Below, in pieces: positions 20,322-30,339 of a DNA stretch of 54,233 bases. The stretch comes from an uncultured Verrucomicrobiota bacterium. Its GTDB lineage: Bacteria; Verrucomicrobiota; Kiritimatiellia; CAYTQP01; CAZOLK01. A model generated the notes under the pieces. The model was not told the DNA's origin and did no database searches. It saw only the letters and a program-made list of their open reading frames with translations. Positions within the stretch are counted from its first letter, which is position 1. Each line of letters starts with the position of its first letter. The stretch lies in NCBI GenBank assembly GCA_964580325.1, contig CAZOLK010000004.1:1-54233 (forward strand). Direction: 5' to 3'. The translations under genes were made by a program, and so were the position numbers.

Positions 20322-21600
20322 AACCCAACCAGAAAAGCCATGGCATTTTATAAACCCATGACGCACCGAGCCATGTCAATATAAAAGAAATGGCAAAAGC
20401 CAACATGGTCGCCTGCGCAGCACCTATAGGACCGTTTCGCTTGATGAGTATGTAATTCATTACAATATTAGAAAGGGCCGCAACCACGGTTACACAGGCC
20501 AACAGGTTGTTTCTTTTCATATAAAAAAGATAGTTCGTCACCATTTTATACATGCCATTGAACGCATACCCTATGGATACAATTAGAATGTACCGTCCCG
20601 CAATCTCATATTTTTCACCAAGCCACACACCCAACAGCAAAGGCATGAGCAGCCCGAATAGACAAGCACCCGCCAGTAGAAACGCATTGTAAAGATACGT
20701 CCATTTGACGATTTGCAATCTGACTGCAGGATCGTCTTTTTTGAGTTGTTCGTAAAACCATGGGACCCAAGCCATATTGAATGAAGACTGCGCCATCATG
20801 ACCAGCATGCTTACGTTTACGCCAATGACATAAAAACCCGTATCCGCCAAACCGATCATATGCGTTATCATCAACCGATCAGTCGTCTGGATGATCCACA
20901 TACCCAACAAATGTGGTATTAAAGGTGCACCATAATACAAGGCATGCATGACATAACCTTTGCGTACGCGACCGTCCAAATAACCTTTTCGCCATAGGTT
21001 GCCCAACGAAAATATGGCAAAAAGCCCATGACTAATAAGCATGCCCGTTACTTTCGACTGCCAGGTCCATTCGGTATGCAGCACGAAAAATACAGCCAAA
21101 CCAGTACATATGGTTGCATTCACTATCATAAAAACACAGTATTGCAACACTTTTTTTTGCATAACCCACAATCCGAGCATGACCTGGTTGAAGAAATGCG
21201 CCATTGAAATAAGCAGGACGGACCACATCCAATCTGCGGGATATCCCGTATAATAGGCAATGGTGTGGCGAAAGGTCAACAAAAACAGCCCTGTGCTTAG
21301 TGAACTGACCAGGAAAATGCTCAAACCGCTCATCACGTAGGCGGGAAAATGGATAGTGTCGCGATCCGCATATTGCCTGCCAATCGCACCATGCGCGCAT
21401 AGCCCTGTCATTGTGCAGGTGATGCCGAACAACGCATTGAACATGGCGAACACGCCGAAATCCTCGGGAGTGAAACAGCGCGTGAAAAAAGGCAGCATCA
21501 AGAAGCCCATGAGCGACGGGAACGCTCCTGCCAAGGCATACATGCCTGACGAAAGCAGCAACTTGGAGGTTAGAAAAGATCGTAGCGACCACATGATCAA
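20311..21600 (-). CDS. wzx: Wzx polysaccharide flippase
   Basis: About 12 TMs; LPFFTRCFTPEDFG, YGAPLIPH, DRLMI, GPIGAAQAT. Confidence 0.88.
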   Translation of the reverse strand: MIMWSLRSFLTSKLLLSSGMYALAGAFPSLMGFLMLPFFTRCFTPEDFGVFAMFNALFGITCTMTGLCAHGAIGRQYADRDTIHFPAYVMSGLSIFLVSSLSTGLFLLTFRHTIAYYTGYPADWMWSVLLISMAHFFNQVMLGLWVMQKKVLQYCVFMIVNATICTGLAVFFVLHTEWTWQSKVTGMLISHGLFAIFSLGNLWRKGYLDGRVRKGYVMHALYYGAPLIPHLLGMWIIQTTDRLMITHMIGLADTGFYVIGVNVSMLVMMAQSSFNMAWVPWFYEQLKKDDPAVRLQIVKWTYLYNAFLLAGACLFGLLMPLLLGVWLGEKYEIAGRYILIVSIGYAFNGMYKMVTNYLFYMKRNNLLACVTVVAALSNIVMNYILIKRNGPIGAAQATMLAFAISFILTWLGASWVYKMPWLFWLGYDE

Positions 21601-21602
21601 AC

Positions 21603-22646
21603 CTATGAAACAAGATCCCAGCGCAATGGCGTTCCTTTAGCAATGGGTTGCACCGCGTATCGTCCCAGGACCTGGGGCAGATATCGTGTATGCAATCCAT
21701 TGGCCGGACGAATAGAGCGTACGTTATGGGTGGAAAACACTTCGCCTTCGGCCATATCTTCGACAATAAACAGGGATCGCCGGAATGCACGACTGGCCTT
21801 CTCTCCGGAAGTCACGTCATAGGAAACGCGGCCCAGCGCCGTCGATGCCTGGCGGATGGCTTCCACCATGGCGCGAAATTCGTGGGGTTCCAAGGAGAAA
21901 GCGTTGTCGGGTGTATCGTTGTTGCGTGACAAGGTAAAGTGCTTTTCAATCATACACGCCCCAAGCGCTACAGCAGCAATGGGTACGGATATGCCCAACG
22001 TGTGATCGGAAAGCCCTACCGACAAACCAAAAGCCTGTGCCAGGTGAGGTATGGTGGCCAGGTTCATTTCTTCTGGCGGCGTCGGATAACCGCTGGTGCA
22101 CTTTAACAAAACGACGTCCTCGATGGATTGTTCACGAAAAACGTTTATAGCTTCCTCGATTTCCCCCAGCGTGGCCATACCCGTGGACATAATCACCGGT
22201 TTTCTTGTGGCCGCGATGCGGCGTAACAGTGGAATATCAACTAATTCGAACGAGGCCACTTTGTAAACAGGCATGTCGAGTTTTTCAAGATACTCAACCG
22301 CGGTTTCATCAAAGGGCGACGAAAAGAAATCGAGCTGGTTTTCGTGGGCAACCTGCTGCAACTGAGGCATCCAATCCCACGGTGTATAGGCTTTTTGATA
22401 AAGTTCATACAGCGTTTGGCCTGCCCAAAGCGAACCATGGCCATGCCTGAAACAAGGTTGATCGCTCTGGAGCGTAAGCGATTCTGGCGTATACGTCTGT
22501 GTTTTGACAGCATCCGCGCCAGCCAAGGCGGCTTGCCGGATCAATTCGACTGCGTCATCGAACCTCTGCCCGTGATTGGCCGACAATTCCGCCACCATAT
22601 AGACCGGCTGCCCCGGTCCTACCTGTTTATTCGCTATCTGTATCAT
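21603..22646 (-). CDS. pseI: Pseudaminic acid synthase
   Basis: VAELSANHGQ, ADAVKTQTYT, AYTPWDW, YKVASFE, GLSDHTLG, IEKHFTL, C-terminal SAF domain RSIRPANGL. Confidence 0.93.
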   Translation of the reverse strand: MIQIANKQVGPGQPVYMVAELSANHGQRFDDAVELIRQAALAGADAVKTQTYTPESLTLQSDQPCFRHGHGSLWAGQTLYELYQKAYTPWDWMPQLQQVAHENQLDFFSSPFDETAVEYLEKLDMPVYKVASFELVDIPLLRRIAATRKPVIMSTGMATLGEIEEAINVFREQSIEDVVLLKCTSGYPTPPEEMNLATIPHLAQAFGLSVGLSDHTLGISVPIAAVALGACMIEKHFTLSRNNDTPDNAFSLEPHEFRAMVEAIRQASTALGRVSYDVTSGEKASRAFRRSLFIVEDMAEGEVFSTHNVRSIRPANGLHTRYLPQVLGRYAVQPIAKGTPLRWDLVS

Positions 22647-23365
22647 TTTCTCTCCTCCCTTGTCCAATCCAGGAGCCATTTAGCCAGAGTTTTCCATGAC
22701 ACACATTCTACCTGGGCCCGATCATGCTGTTCCTTCGGCGAACACAAGCCATGAGCCGTGTTCGGCAACCTGATGCGTACACTCATCATGCCAAGTTGAT
22801 TGGGGGCTTTGAAGTCCTTGGTTGGATTGTCGCCGACATAAATAGCTTGATCAGGCGTTGCATCCAGGTAGGTCAAGGCCGCAAGAAAAGGTCGTGGCGA
22901 CGGTTTCCATGCGTCTGGGCCAATTTCATCTGTGCAGAGCACATAATGAAACAAAGGTGCAATCCCCAATGCTTCGATCTTGCGGTGTTGAACAGAAGCC
23001 ATTCCGTCCGTGACGACACCGAGCATGGCGTCACATGCTATCATGGCGGTCAATGTTTCGTGGACATGCTCCCAAAGCTTGATCGCTGGCGAATGTGTTC
23101 GGTATGCGAGCAACATCACATCTACCAGCGTGGGATCGTCAAGGTCATACATCGCTAGCAAGTCGTTGAATATATGACCACGCCCCTGTGTTTCCAAGAG
23201 ATGGCACGCATGATCGTAGGCTTCCTCGGCAGGCACGCCCGTGCATTTCGCGAGCAAGGCGGTCGAGGCCTTGAAACCACTTTTTACATAAGTGATTTCA
23301 GGATACAACGTATCGTCCAGATCAAAGAGAAGGGTTTTTATGTCCCGTATACCTCCGCATAGCAT
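22643..23365 (-). CDS. HAD family hydrolase (phosphatase)
   Basis: FDLDDTLY, VTDG, WKPSP, YVGDNPTKDF. Confidence 0.88.
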   Translation of the reverse strand: MLCGGIRDIKTLLFDLDDTLYPEITYVKSGFKASTALLAKCTGVPAEEAYDHACHLLETQGRGHIFNDLLAMYDLDDPTLVDVMLLAYRTHSPAIKLWEHVHETLTAMIACDAMLGVVTDGMASVQHRKIEALGIAPLFHYVLCTDEIGPDAWKPSPRPFLAALTYLDATPDQAIYVGDNPTKDFKAPNQLGMMSVRIRLPNTAHGLCSPKEQHDRAQVECVSWKTLAKWLLDWTREERK

Positions 23366-24311
23366 CGACGGTCATGAACAAGTCCTCTGTATAACGCATC
23401 ATCACCAGATCAGGCGAAAACTTGCCCAGGGTCGAAGCGACAGGCAATCCTTTAACCAGGCGTACGGCAAAACGAGGCGTATGCGCTCCTGCCCGAATGC
23501 CAAGATTTGCCGCGCCGCCATAGCGTGGATTGACTTCAATCCAGAGTATAGCACTTTCGGTTCGGAAGCACTGGAGCGTGTTATGACCCACCAAGTGCAT
23601 GGCCCGAGCCAAGGCGACTGCCGCGTCGATCAGGTGCTGGTCGTTCACGGTTTGCGATATAAAAGATTCTCCGCCAAACACTTTGATCCGCTTGCGCGGC
23701 ACAGCAGAAAGCACCTGACCCTGGAAATTCGCGAATAGATCAATGGTAAACTCAGGCGCGTCGATGCATTCCTGAAAGAGCGGTTCATCAAGATGGCGCA
23801 ACGCGTAATGTCGGTCCTCTTCATGGGCAATGCGCATGGCGCCACGCCCGCCTTTACCACGGCGCGGTCGGGCAAACCAGGGAAAGGGTCGCTTGGAAGT
23901 TTCCGGCGCCGGAATGCATGCCGGACATAAAAACCCATTTTCCATGCAAAAAGCATAAAAACTCATTTTATCCTGGGCCAGGCGTACGACATACGGATCC
24001 GCCACCATCACGGTTGTGCCGGCTTCATTGAAGAGGCGTTCTTTTGCCATGGCGAATATTTCGAGTTCTTCGTCGCGCGTGGGAACAAGGAGTTCAACCT
24101 GATGCGCTTGACAGATCTGGATAATAGTTTCCATGAATTCCGGAGCATCACTGCGCGGCAAGAGCAGCCCCTGGTCGGCGTGATAAAGTGCTGCCGCATA
24201 TGAACTGACATCGCCGGCCAGCACCTTGCCGCTTCCCTCCAGAGCCAGAGCCTCCTGAAAAGCTTGCACCAAAGCGACCTTACGGGAAGCGCTGGTGATG
24301 AAAACATTCAT
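23322..24311 (-). CDS. ATP-grasp ligase (CarB-like single domain)
   Basis: LVPTRDEEL, QDKMSF, RPRRGKGG, FQECIDAPEFTID, IEVNPRYGG. Confidence 0.88.
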   Translation of the reverse strand: MNVFITSASRKVALVQAFQEALALEGSGKVLAGDVSSYAAALYHADQGLLLPRSDAPEFMETIIQICQAHQVELLVPTRDEELEIFAMAKERLFNEAGTTVMVADPYVVRLAQDKMSFYAFCMENGFLCPACIPAPETSKRPFPWFARPRRGKGGRGAMRIAHEEDRHYALRHLDEPLFQECIDAPEFTIDLFANFQGQVLSAVPRKRIKVFGGESFISQTVNDQHLIDAAVALARAMHLVGHNTLQCFRTESAILWIEVNPRYGGAANLGIRAGAHTPRFAVRLVKGLPVASTLGKFSPDLVMMRYTEDLFMTVDAMRRYTGHKNPSL

Positions 24312-25207
24312 ACGGTCTTCCTGCCCGCCAACAGACAGTTTCGGCCTAACTGAGCATTCGCCAGCGCCTTGTACAGGTTGCGTCGCACTTCCGGCGTCAG
24401 CGCTGTCTCGAGGTTGATTCGCTTTTCATGGCACTGCCGACCAAGCTCCTGGTCGTCGAGATAATTGTCGCCCATCAATAAAAAGAACGACATTGGAAAA
24501 TCGGCTTGACGCCAGGTTACTTCAAACCCTTGCTCAACAAGCAACCGGGCAAGCGACTCGAATGAAAAATAGTTGATGTGGTCCGGCGCCGCCACCCACC
24601 AAGGTTCCTTGTCCAATTGCCGACGGGCCGCCTCCTGGAGCGAATTGAAGTCGTTGGGCGTCTTGACAGTCAGTACGCCGTTTTCACACAACATTTGATG
24701 GCAAAGGTTAACGTAACGCCTTGGATCCGGGACATGCTCCAACACATTCAACATGAGAATGGCGGCATAGGTTTGCATCTGACTTCGGTCCGCGATGAAA
24801 TCTTCCAGGTTGCCCTGGAAGATGGGCAGACCTTGCTCACACGCCATTGTGGCTGCATCCTCAGAAAGCTCGATTCCTTCGACCTGATAGCCGCACTCAC
24901 GCAAGTCGGCAATACAACAACCCAAACCGCAGCCCACGTCCAGCACAGGCCCCGAGACATTATGCTCAGCCAGGATATGGGCTATGTCGGCATGGAGGGT
25001 ATGCTTCAACCATTGGCGTTCTCGCTCAGCGGGAGTTCCGCCTTTGCAAAGCCTTTTTAAATCCGGTGAGCGCGCGCTGGACAAATCCGACTGATAGTAT
25101 GTTTTCTTATAAAATTCTTCAAGATCTTTCGGAAGTGGATCCAGATGTCTGAACCCGCAGTCGGGATCCAGGACCAAGCTGAATGAAGGCATACAGTCCT
25201 TTCTCAT
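24308..25207 (-). CDS. Class I SAM-dependent methyltransferase
   Basis: VLDVGCGLG, NVLEHVPDP, TPNDF, PDHINYFS; ATGA overlap with the upstream SDR stop. Confidence 0.88.
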   Translation of the reverse strand: MRKDCMPSFSLVLDPDCGFRHLDPLPKDLEEFYKKTYYQSDLSSARSPDLKRLCKGGTPAERERQWLKHTLHADIAHILAEHNVSGPVLDVGCGLGCCIADLRECGYQVEGIELSEDAATMACEQGLPIFQGNLEDFIADRSQMQTYAAILMLNVLEHVPDPRRYVNLCHQMLCENGVLTVKTPNDFNSLQEAARRQLDKEPWWVAAPDHINYFSFESLARLLVEQGFEVTWRQADFPMSFFLLMGDNYLDDQELGRQCHEKRINLETALTPEVRRNLYKALANAQLGRNCLLAGRKTV

Positions 25208-26184
25208 GCACCGGTTCCTGTGGTGCGTTCGTACGTCATGACCTGCTGCATGCCTTGCTCGAGAGTATAGGCCGGTTGCCATTGGGTTGCCTGCCGCAAC
25301 CGACCAATATCAGCACAACTAGCTTCCCACAACCCTTGAGCTTGTGTGTCGATCGTCTTGATCGGACAGACATCGACCACGTTTTGCAACACATCGCACA
25401 CCGGCCTGGCCACGCCGCTGCCAAGATTGCAGACGCCGGTTATCCTGGGCTGCTGCGCTAATGCCAGAAGACCCGAAGCGACATCGCCGGCATGGATGTA
25501 ATCAAACATGCTTTCCGGTTGATACACGGTCAAGGTTTCTCCATGCAACGCCATGCGAATCCAGCGTGAGATGATGTCATTGGAACCGCGGCCATAAACG
25601 CGAAAAATCCGCGTAGAAACCATGCGCACATCCGGACGCACATATTCGTGGATAAACTCCATTTCCTGCTCGGTGTAATATTTTGAGGCGCCGCAGACAT
25701 TGCGCGGATGCAAGCGATCGGTCTCGTTCAGCATGCGTGGTGCACGAGGCGGTTTGTCTTCAAGGTAAAGTGATGGATCGTAAATCAGGTAGCTGGAAGC
25801 AAAAATGAAATGCTTGACTTCGGGAAGGTCTCGGATCATGTCCAACAGACGATGCGAAGCCATGGTATTGTCGTGCCAATTGGTCAACCAGAACGCAGCC
25901 GATTCCTTGGAACGCTCAAAAGATGCAGCCAAGTGCAACACAAATTCAGGCTGAAACGCGCAACATGCGCTCAAGTCGTCTAGGGCCAGATCACACTGCA
26001 GGCAGGCGACTTGTGACGGCGTTGTCGACGGATGCGCTTTTCTGTCAACAGACAAAACACAAGCCTCTTTCCGCACAAGAAGCGCCAATAATTCCTGGCC
26101 AATAACACCGGCTCCACCGGTTACCAGCACTTTTCTACCGCGTAACGATAAACCGTCTTTTTGCCCATGCTGTACTTCACTCAC
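25204..26184 (-). CDS. NAD-dependent epimerase/dehydratase (extended SDR)
   Basis: VTGGAGVIG, HLAASF, ASSYLIY; catalytic YxxxK appears as CGASK. Confidence 0.85.
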   Translation of the reverse strand: MSEVQHGQKDGLSLRGRKVLVTGGAGVIGQELLALLVRKEACVLSVDRKAHPSTTPSQVACLQCDLALDDLSACCAFQPEFVLHLAASFERSKESAAFWLTNWHDNTMASHRLLDMIRDLPEVKHFIFASSYLIYDPSLYLEDKPPRAPRMLNETDRLHPRNVCGASKYYTEQEMEFIHEYVRPDVRMVSTRIFRVYGRGSNDIISRWIRMALHGETLTVYQPESMFDYIHAGDVASGLLALAQQPRITGVCNLGSGVARPVCDVLQNVVDVCPIKTIDTQAQGLWEASCADIGRLRQATQWQPAYTLEQGMQQVMTYERTTGTGA

Positions 26185-27245
26185 AATTTGCTCTCCCTCT
26201 TATCCTGCTCTCCAGTTAGTGCCTGCCAGAAACGTTCATTTCCCTTGCCATCTACAAGACGCCGACCCAAAGCGGACATCTCGGCTCGCCATGCAGCATT
26301 ACTCATGGCCTCATGGATACGCTCCAACAAGGATCGCGCATCCAATTGATTATACCACCCAACCACTTGAAACAAACCATGTTCACGCAAGCCCCGGACC
26401 AGAGTTTCCTCAATGGGCGCAATGACACCCACGATACTTGCCACCCCCATGTAGGCCAATTCCCATACCGTGGTGCCGCCGGAGGACACAGCCAGGTGTG
26501 CCCAGGTCATCAAGGCCGGCATATCATCCACAAAATCAATCACTTCACAGCGATCGTCCATGGTCGCTGCACTTCTGATCAGCTCTTCCCGATGCCTGTT
26601 CAACTTTCCAACAAGCACTCTAATCCTACAGGGCAGTGGAATGTGTTTCAAGCAATTCAACACATGCTGTGTGGCATTGTCCGGGTCTGCGCCACCCATA
26701 GTGACCAGTATATGCAAGGGTGTTGTCCGCGACAAGTCCCGGCGGGTAGTGGGAATGCATTGATGGAATTCCTGGCGTAACTGCACGTATGCACAGCCCA
26801 GTAGCAGCCGCGTGTAAGGTTCGCGTTCGCTGTACATGGACGCATTGGCATGCAGGTTTTGATTGAGCACCACATCTGCGCGATAGTGCGTACACAAACC
26901 CAGATCATCAATACAAGCCAGCCCCAGCTTTTTCTGCTTAAGACGCTGTTGATAAGCAGCGTCAAAATGTAGACCATCTGTTAAAACCCAAGACGCACCC
27001 AGGTCTTGTGCGCATCGCGCGGTTTCATGGGCATCTTTTACAGAACCGGGCTCAGCGTCCAGCACCAGTGGCTGGATATGGTCCTGCCGCAGGCGTGGAG
27101 CCAGGCGCATGCTTTCACGGGAAACCAGGAAATGGACGGCTGCCCCGTTTTCCAGCCAGGTTTGCGCCACTGCCAGACAACGCATGACATGACCGGAACC
27201 GATGCGGGTTCCGGCATCCACGCGAACGAGCAAGGTCTTACTCAC
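26181..27245 (-). CDS. pseG: UDP-2,4-diacetamido-2,4,6-trideoxy-beta-L-altropyranose hydrolase
   Basis: RVDAGTRIGSGHVMRCLA, IDDL, VTMGGADP, SSGGTTVWE; no fused GNAT domain. Confidence 0.9.
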   Translation of the reverse strand: MSKTLLVRVDAGTRIGSGHVMRCLAVAQTWLENGAAVHFLVSRESMRLAPRLRQDHIQPLVLDAEPGSVKDAHETARCAQDLGASWVLTDGLHFDAAYQQRLKQKKLGLACIDDLGLCTHYRADVVLNQNLHANASMYSEREPYTRLLLGCAYVQLRQEFHQCIPTTRRDLSRTTPLHILVTMGGADPDNATQHVLNCLKHIPLPCRIRVLVGKLNRHREELIRSAATMDDRCEVIDFVDDMPALMTWAHLAVSSGGTTVWELAYMGVASIVGVIAPIEETLVRGLREHGLFQVVGWYNQLDARSLLERIHEAMSNAAWRAEMSALGRRLVDGKGNERFWQALTGEQDKRESKL

Positions 27246-27247
27246 CG

Positions 27248-27952
27248 CTATCCCTCCTGCCGTGTTTGCTGCATCACGCGATGCATGGTCTCAGCGAGCA
27301 GCCAATCTTCTGGCGTATCGATATCCATGACCATTTGACGCGAAAGAACGAGCGGCAGAGAACGGGACGAAATAAAACGCTTCGCGCGGACATAATCTTT
27401 GACTACAGCCCAATAAAACTGGGCCGCATCGTGATACGCCACGGGAAGGTCCTGCGAACGTGTTTCAAAATATTCGGGCCAGAACATGGCCAGATAACCA
27501 TCGTCATTGCATTTCAATGAGCGCAGAATGGGGTAGTTATATTCTGTTACACTGAAACACGAAATCGCGTCGGAACCGACAAGTCTTTCATATCCGCGTT
27601 GCAGGTTTTCAGCGCTGAGTAGCGGCGCTGTGGCATACAAGCAGCACACGTGATCATGAATCTCGTTTTGTTGTGCATACCATTCCAGTGCATGCAGGAC
27701 AACCGCATCGGTGCCAGTGAAATCATCGGCTAAATGGGCCGGTCGTAGAAAGGGCACCTCTGCGCCGTATTGTCGCGCCGTCTCTGCGATTTGTGGACAA
27801 TCCGTTGAAACCATGACATGCCGAAACAAGCCCGATGCGTGTGCTGCTTCCAGCGAATAAGCGATAATCGGTTTTCCATTGAACAATTTGATGTTTTTGC
27901 CCGGAATACGTTTACTACCGCCGCGAGCCGGGATGATGGCCATGTTGTTCAT
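27248..27952 (-). CDS. pseF: Pseudaminic acid cytidylyltransferase
   Basis: AIIPARGGSKRIPGKNIK, CLYATAP, RSQDLPVAYHDAAQFYW, DIDTPEDW. Confidence 0.93.
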   Translation of the reverse strand: MNNMAIIPARGGSKRIPGKNIKLFNGKPIIAYSLEAAHASGLFRHVMVSTDCPQIAETARQYGAEVPFLRPAHLADDFTGTDAVVLHALEWYAQQNEIHDHVCCLYATAPLLSAENLQRGYERLVGSDAISCFSVTEYNYPILRSLKCNDDGYLAMFWPEYFETRSQDLPVAYHDAAQFYWAVVKDYVRAKRFISSRSLPLVLSRQMVMDIDTPEDWLLAETMHRVMQQTRQEG

Positions 27953-30183
27953 AGTCCACTATCTTCAACCGCCTGTTTGACGCAGGAAATCACCTTATTC
28001 GTCATGGCATTGGTCATATCTGGGAAAATGGGCAGGGAGATCAATTTCGCGTAAGCAGCTTCAGCGCTGGGGCACTTGCCTGGCGCAGCACCATAACGCC
28101 GTTCATAATAAGGATGCAAATATACGGGCATATAATGAACATTTACGCCAAGTCCCTGTTCACGCAATTTCACGAACAGCTCCGCTCGTGGGTCTTGGTG
28201 CACATTCGATTCAACACGAATGACAAACAAATGCCAGGCAGGCGCGTTTCCTGGCAGTACTTTCAATGGTTGGATGGCCGGCAAGGATTTAAATGCTTCT
28301 TGGTAGCGCCGCGCCAGTTCACGGCGACGCTGGGTGAACTTATCGATTTTACGCAATTGGCTTATACCCAAACTGCAGTGCAGATCGGAAAGCCGATAAT
28401 TGTAGCCGAGATCCTGCATGGCATATTCCCAGGACTTATTTTGCATACGCTGGCGAAAATCGGTGTTAACGCCATGGGAGCGAAATCTGCGCATGGACTT
28501 CGCCCAATCGGCACGATGGGTGGTGATCATGCCGCCTTCAGCGGTTGTAATGGGCTTGATCGGATGAAAACTGAAGGTATTCAAATCAGCAAGTGAACCG
28601 ATCATGCGGCCCTTATAAGAAGCGCCAAGAGCATGGCACGCGTCAGCCGCCAACAGCAACTGATGCCGATCCGCAAGGTCGCGCAAGGCATCGTAATCGC
28701 ATGGCTGCCCAGCGTAATCCACGGCAATGACAGCCTTGGTCGCGGGGGTGATCCTGCGTTCCACATCCGTTACGTCGATCAGTAACGTATCCGGATTGAC
28801 GTCCGCGAACACTGGAGTGCCTCCCTGATATAACACAGCGTTAGCCGTGGCAACGAACGTAATAGCTGGCACAATCACTTCATCGCCGGGTCCGATGCCC
28901 ATGGCAAAAACAGCAGCGTGCAGGGCCGCGGTTCCGTTGCACACCGCCACGGCATGCGAAGATGTGGTATATTCGACAAAAGCCTGCTCAAACGCCTCGA
29001 CTTTCGGCCCAGTGGTAAGCCAAGCGGAGCGAACGGTCTCACAGATCGCATGGACATCGTTTTCATCAATGGATTGGCGTCCGTAAGGGATGAATGCCTC
29101 ATCGGTGTCGTCAAGGCTTTTTCCTTCCCGCTCATTGCGCCACGCCTCGATCTCCGGTAAGTCGAGCAACGCGATCATCGTTTCCATTTCCTGGCGATTC
29201 AACCATTCGGTATTGTTTTCACTGCCGTAATAGAACCCGCCGCTCGGGCATCGCGTTCCACCTTGAGCCAAGCATGATTCCAAGGAGACCATGTCACTCA
29301 CGTACTTCTGCACGGGCACAATTACGAAATGGTTGTCGAATTCGACGGTTTGCGGCGCGTCATCCGTGGGAATCATCACTTCATGTAGCTTTTCGCCGGG
29401 TCGAATGCCGACCACTCGTTTTTCACAAGAAGGATCGATGACCGTGGCCAGATCCAGTATGCGCATGCTAGGGATTTTAGGCACAAATATTTCACCGCCG
29501 GACATATCACGCAACACGTTCAACACCAAGGCCGCGCCTTGGTCAAGCGTAATCCAGAACCGGGTCATCCGCGGATCTGTGATCGGCAGCACGCCTTCCT
29601 TGCGTTTAGCCATAAAAAAAGGAATGACACTGCCGCGGCTGCCCACCACGTTGCCGTAACGAACAACAGCAAAACGGGTTTTATGCATACCGCCGTAATT
29701 ATTGCCAGCGACGAAAAGCTTATCAGAACAAAGCTTGGTTGCGCCATAAAGATTGATGGGGTTGACTGCTTTATCGGTACTCAATGCCACGACATGGCGG
29801 ACGTCGTTAGCCAACGCAGCCTGGATGACATGCTCTGCGCCAAGCACGTTGGTCTTGACGAATTCAAAAGGATTGTATTCCGCGGCAGGCACCTGTTTTA
29901 GCGCAGCGGCATGGATAATATAATCTACACCTTCACATGCCCGCACAAGACGGTCCTTATCACGCACATCGCCGAGAAAAAAACGCAACCGCGTCTGCTC
30001 CTGCTGCGAATACATCTGATGCATGATGAATTGCTTATATTCATCCCGGCTATAGACAATAACTGTTGCGCTGCTCGTTCTGTTTATAAGCAGACCCGTG
30101 AGTTTTTTACCCAACGAACCCGTACCACCGGTAATTAGTATTCGTGAATTCTCAAAAAAATCTAAAGAATCAAGCAATGTCAT
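27949..30183 (-). CDS. pseB-pseC: Fused UDP-GlcNAc 4,6-dehydratase (inverting) PseB and aminotransferase PseC
   Basis: N-half: TGGTGSLG, SRDEYKQ, HAAALKQVPAAEYNP, LYGATKL, RPGEKLHE. C-half: FIPYGRQSI, LTTGPKV, FSFHPIKPITTAEGG, GYNYRLSD. One uninterrupted 744-aa frame. Confidence 0.92.
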   Translation of the reverse strand: MTLLDSLDFFENSRILITGGTGSLGKKLTGLLINRTSSATVIVYSRDEYKQFIMHQMYSQQEQTRLRFFLGDVRDKDRLVRACEGVDYIIHAAALKQVPAAEYNPFEFVKTNVLGAEHVIQAALANDVRHVVALSTDKAVNPINLYGATKLCSDKLFVAGNNYGGMHKTRFAVVRYGNVVGSRGSVIPFFMAKRKEGVLPITDPRMTRFWITLDQGAALVLNVLRDMSGGEIFVPKIPSMRILDLATVIDPSCEKRVVGIRPGEKLHEVMIPTDDAPQTVEFDNHFVIVPVQKYVSDMVSLESCLAQGGTRCPSGGFYYGSENNTEWLNRQEMETMIALLDLPEIEAWRNEREGKSLDDTDEAFIPYGRQSIDENDVHAICETVRSAWLTTGPKVEAFEQAFVEYTTSSHAVAVCNGTAALHAAVFAMGIGPGDEVIVPAITFVATANAVLYQGGTPVFADVNPDTLLIDVTDVERRITPATKAVIAVDYAGQPCDYDALRDLADRHQLLLAADACHALGASYKGRMIGSLADLNTFSFHPIKPITTAEGGMITTHRADWAKSMRRFRSHGVNTDFRQRMQNKSWEYAMQDLGYNYRLSDLHCSLGISQLRKIDKFTQRRRELARRYQEAFKSLPAIQPLKVLPGNAPAWHLFVIRVESNVHQDPRAELFVKLREQGLGVNVHYMPVYLHPYYERRYGAAPGKCPSAEAAYAKLISLPIFPDMTNAMTNKVISCVKQAVEDSGL

Positions 30184-30339
30184 AAGTCAATACATCTTAG
30201 TCAATACATGAATGAATGAATGATCGAATAGCATAGCCATCAGATCATTCTACAAAAAATCTGTTAAGTCGCTAAAAATATCGAAATGTCCAGAGATTGT
30301 CACGTATAATCTGAACGATTCTGCTTATAATACAAACTT

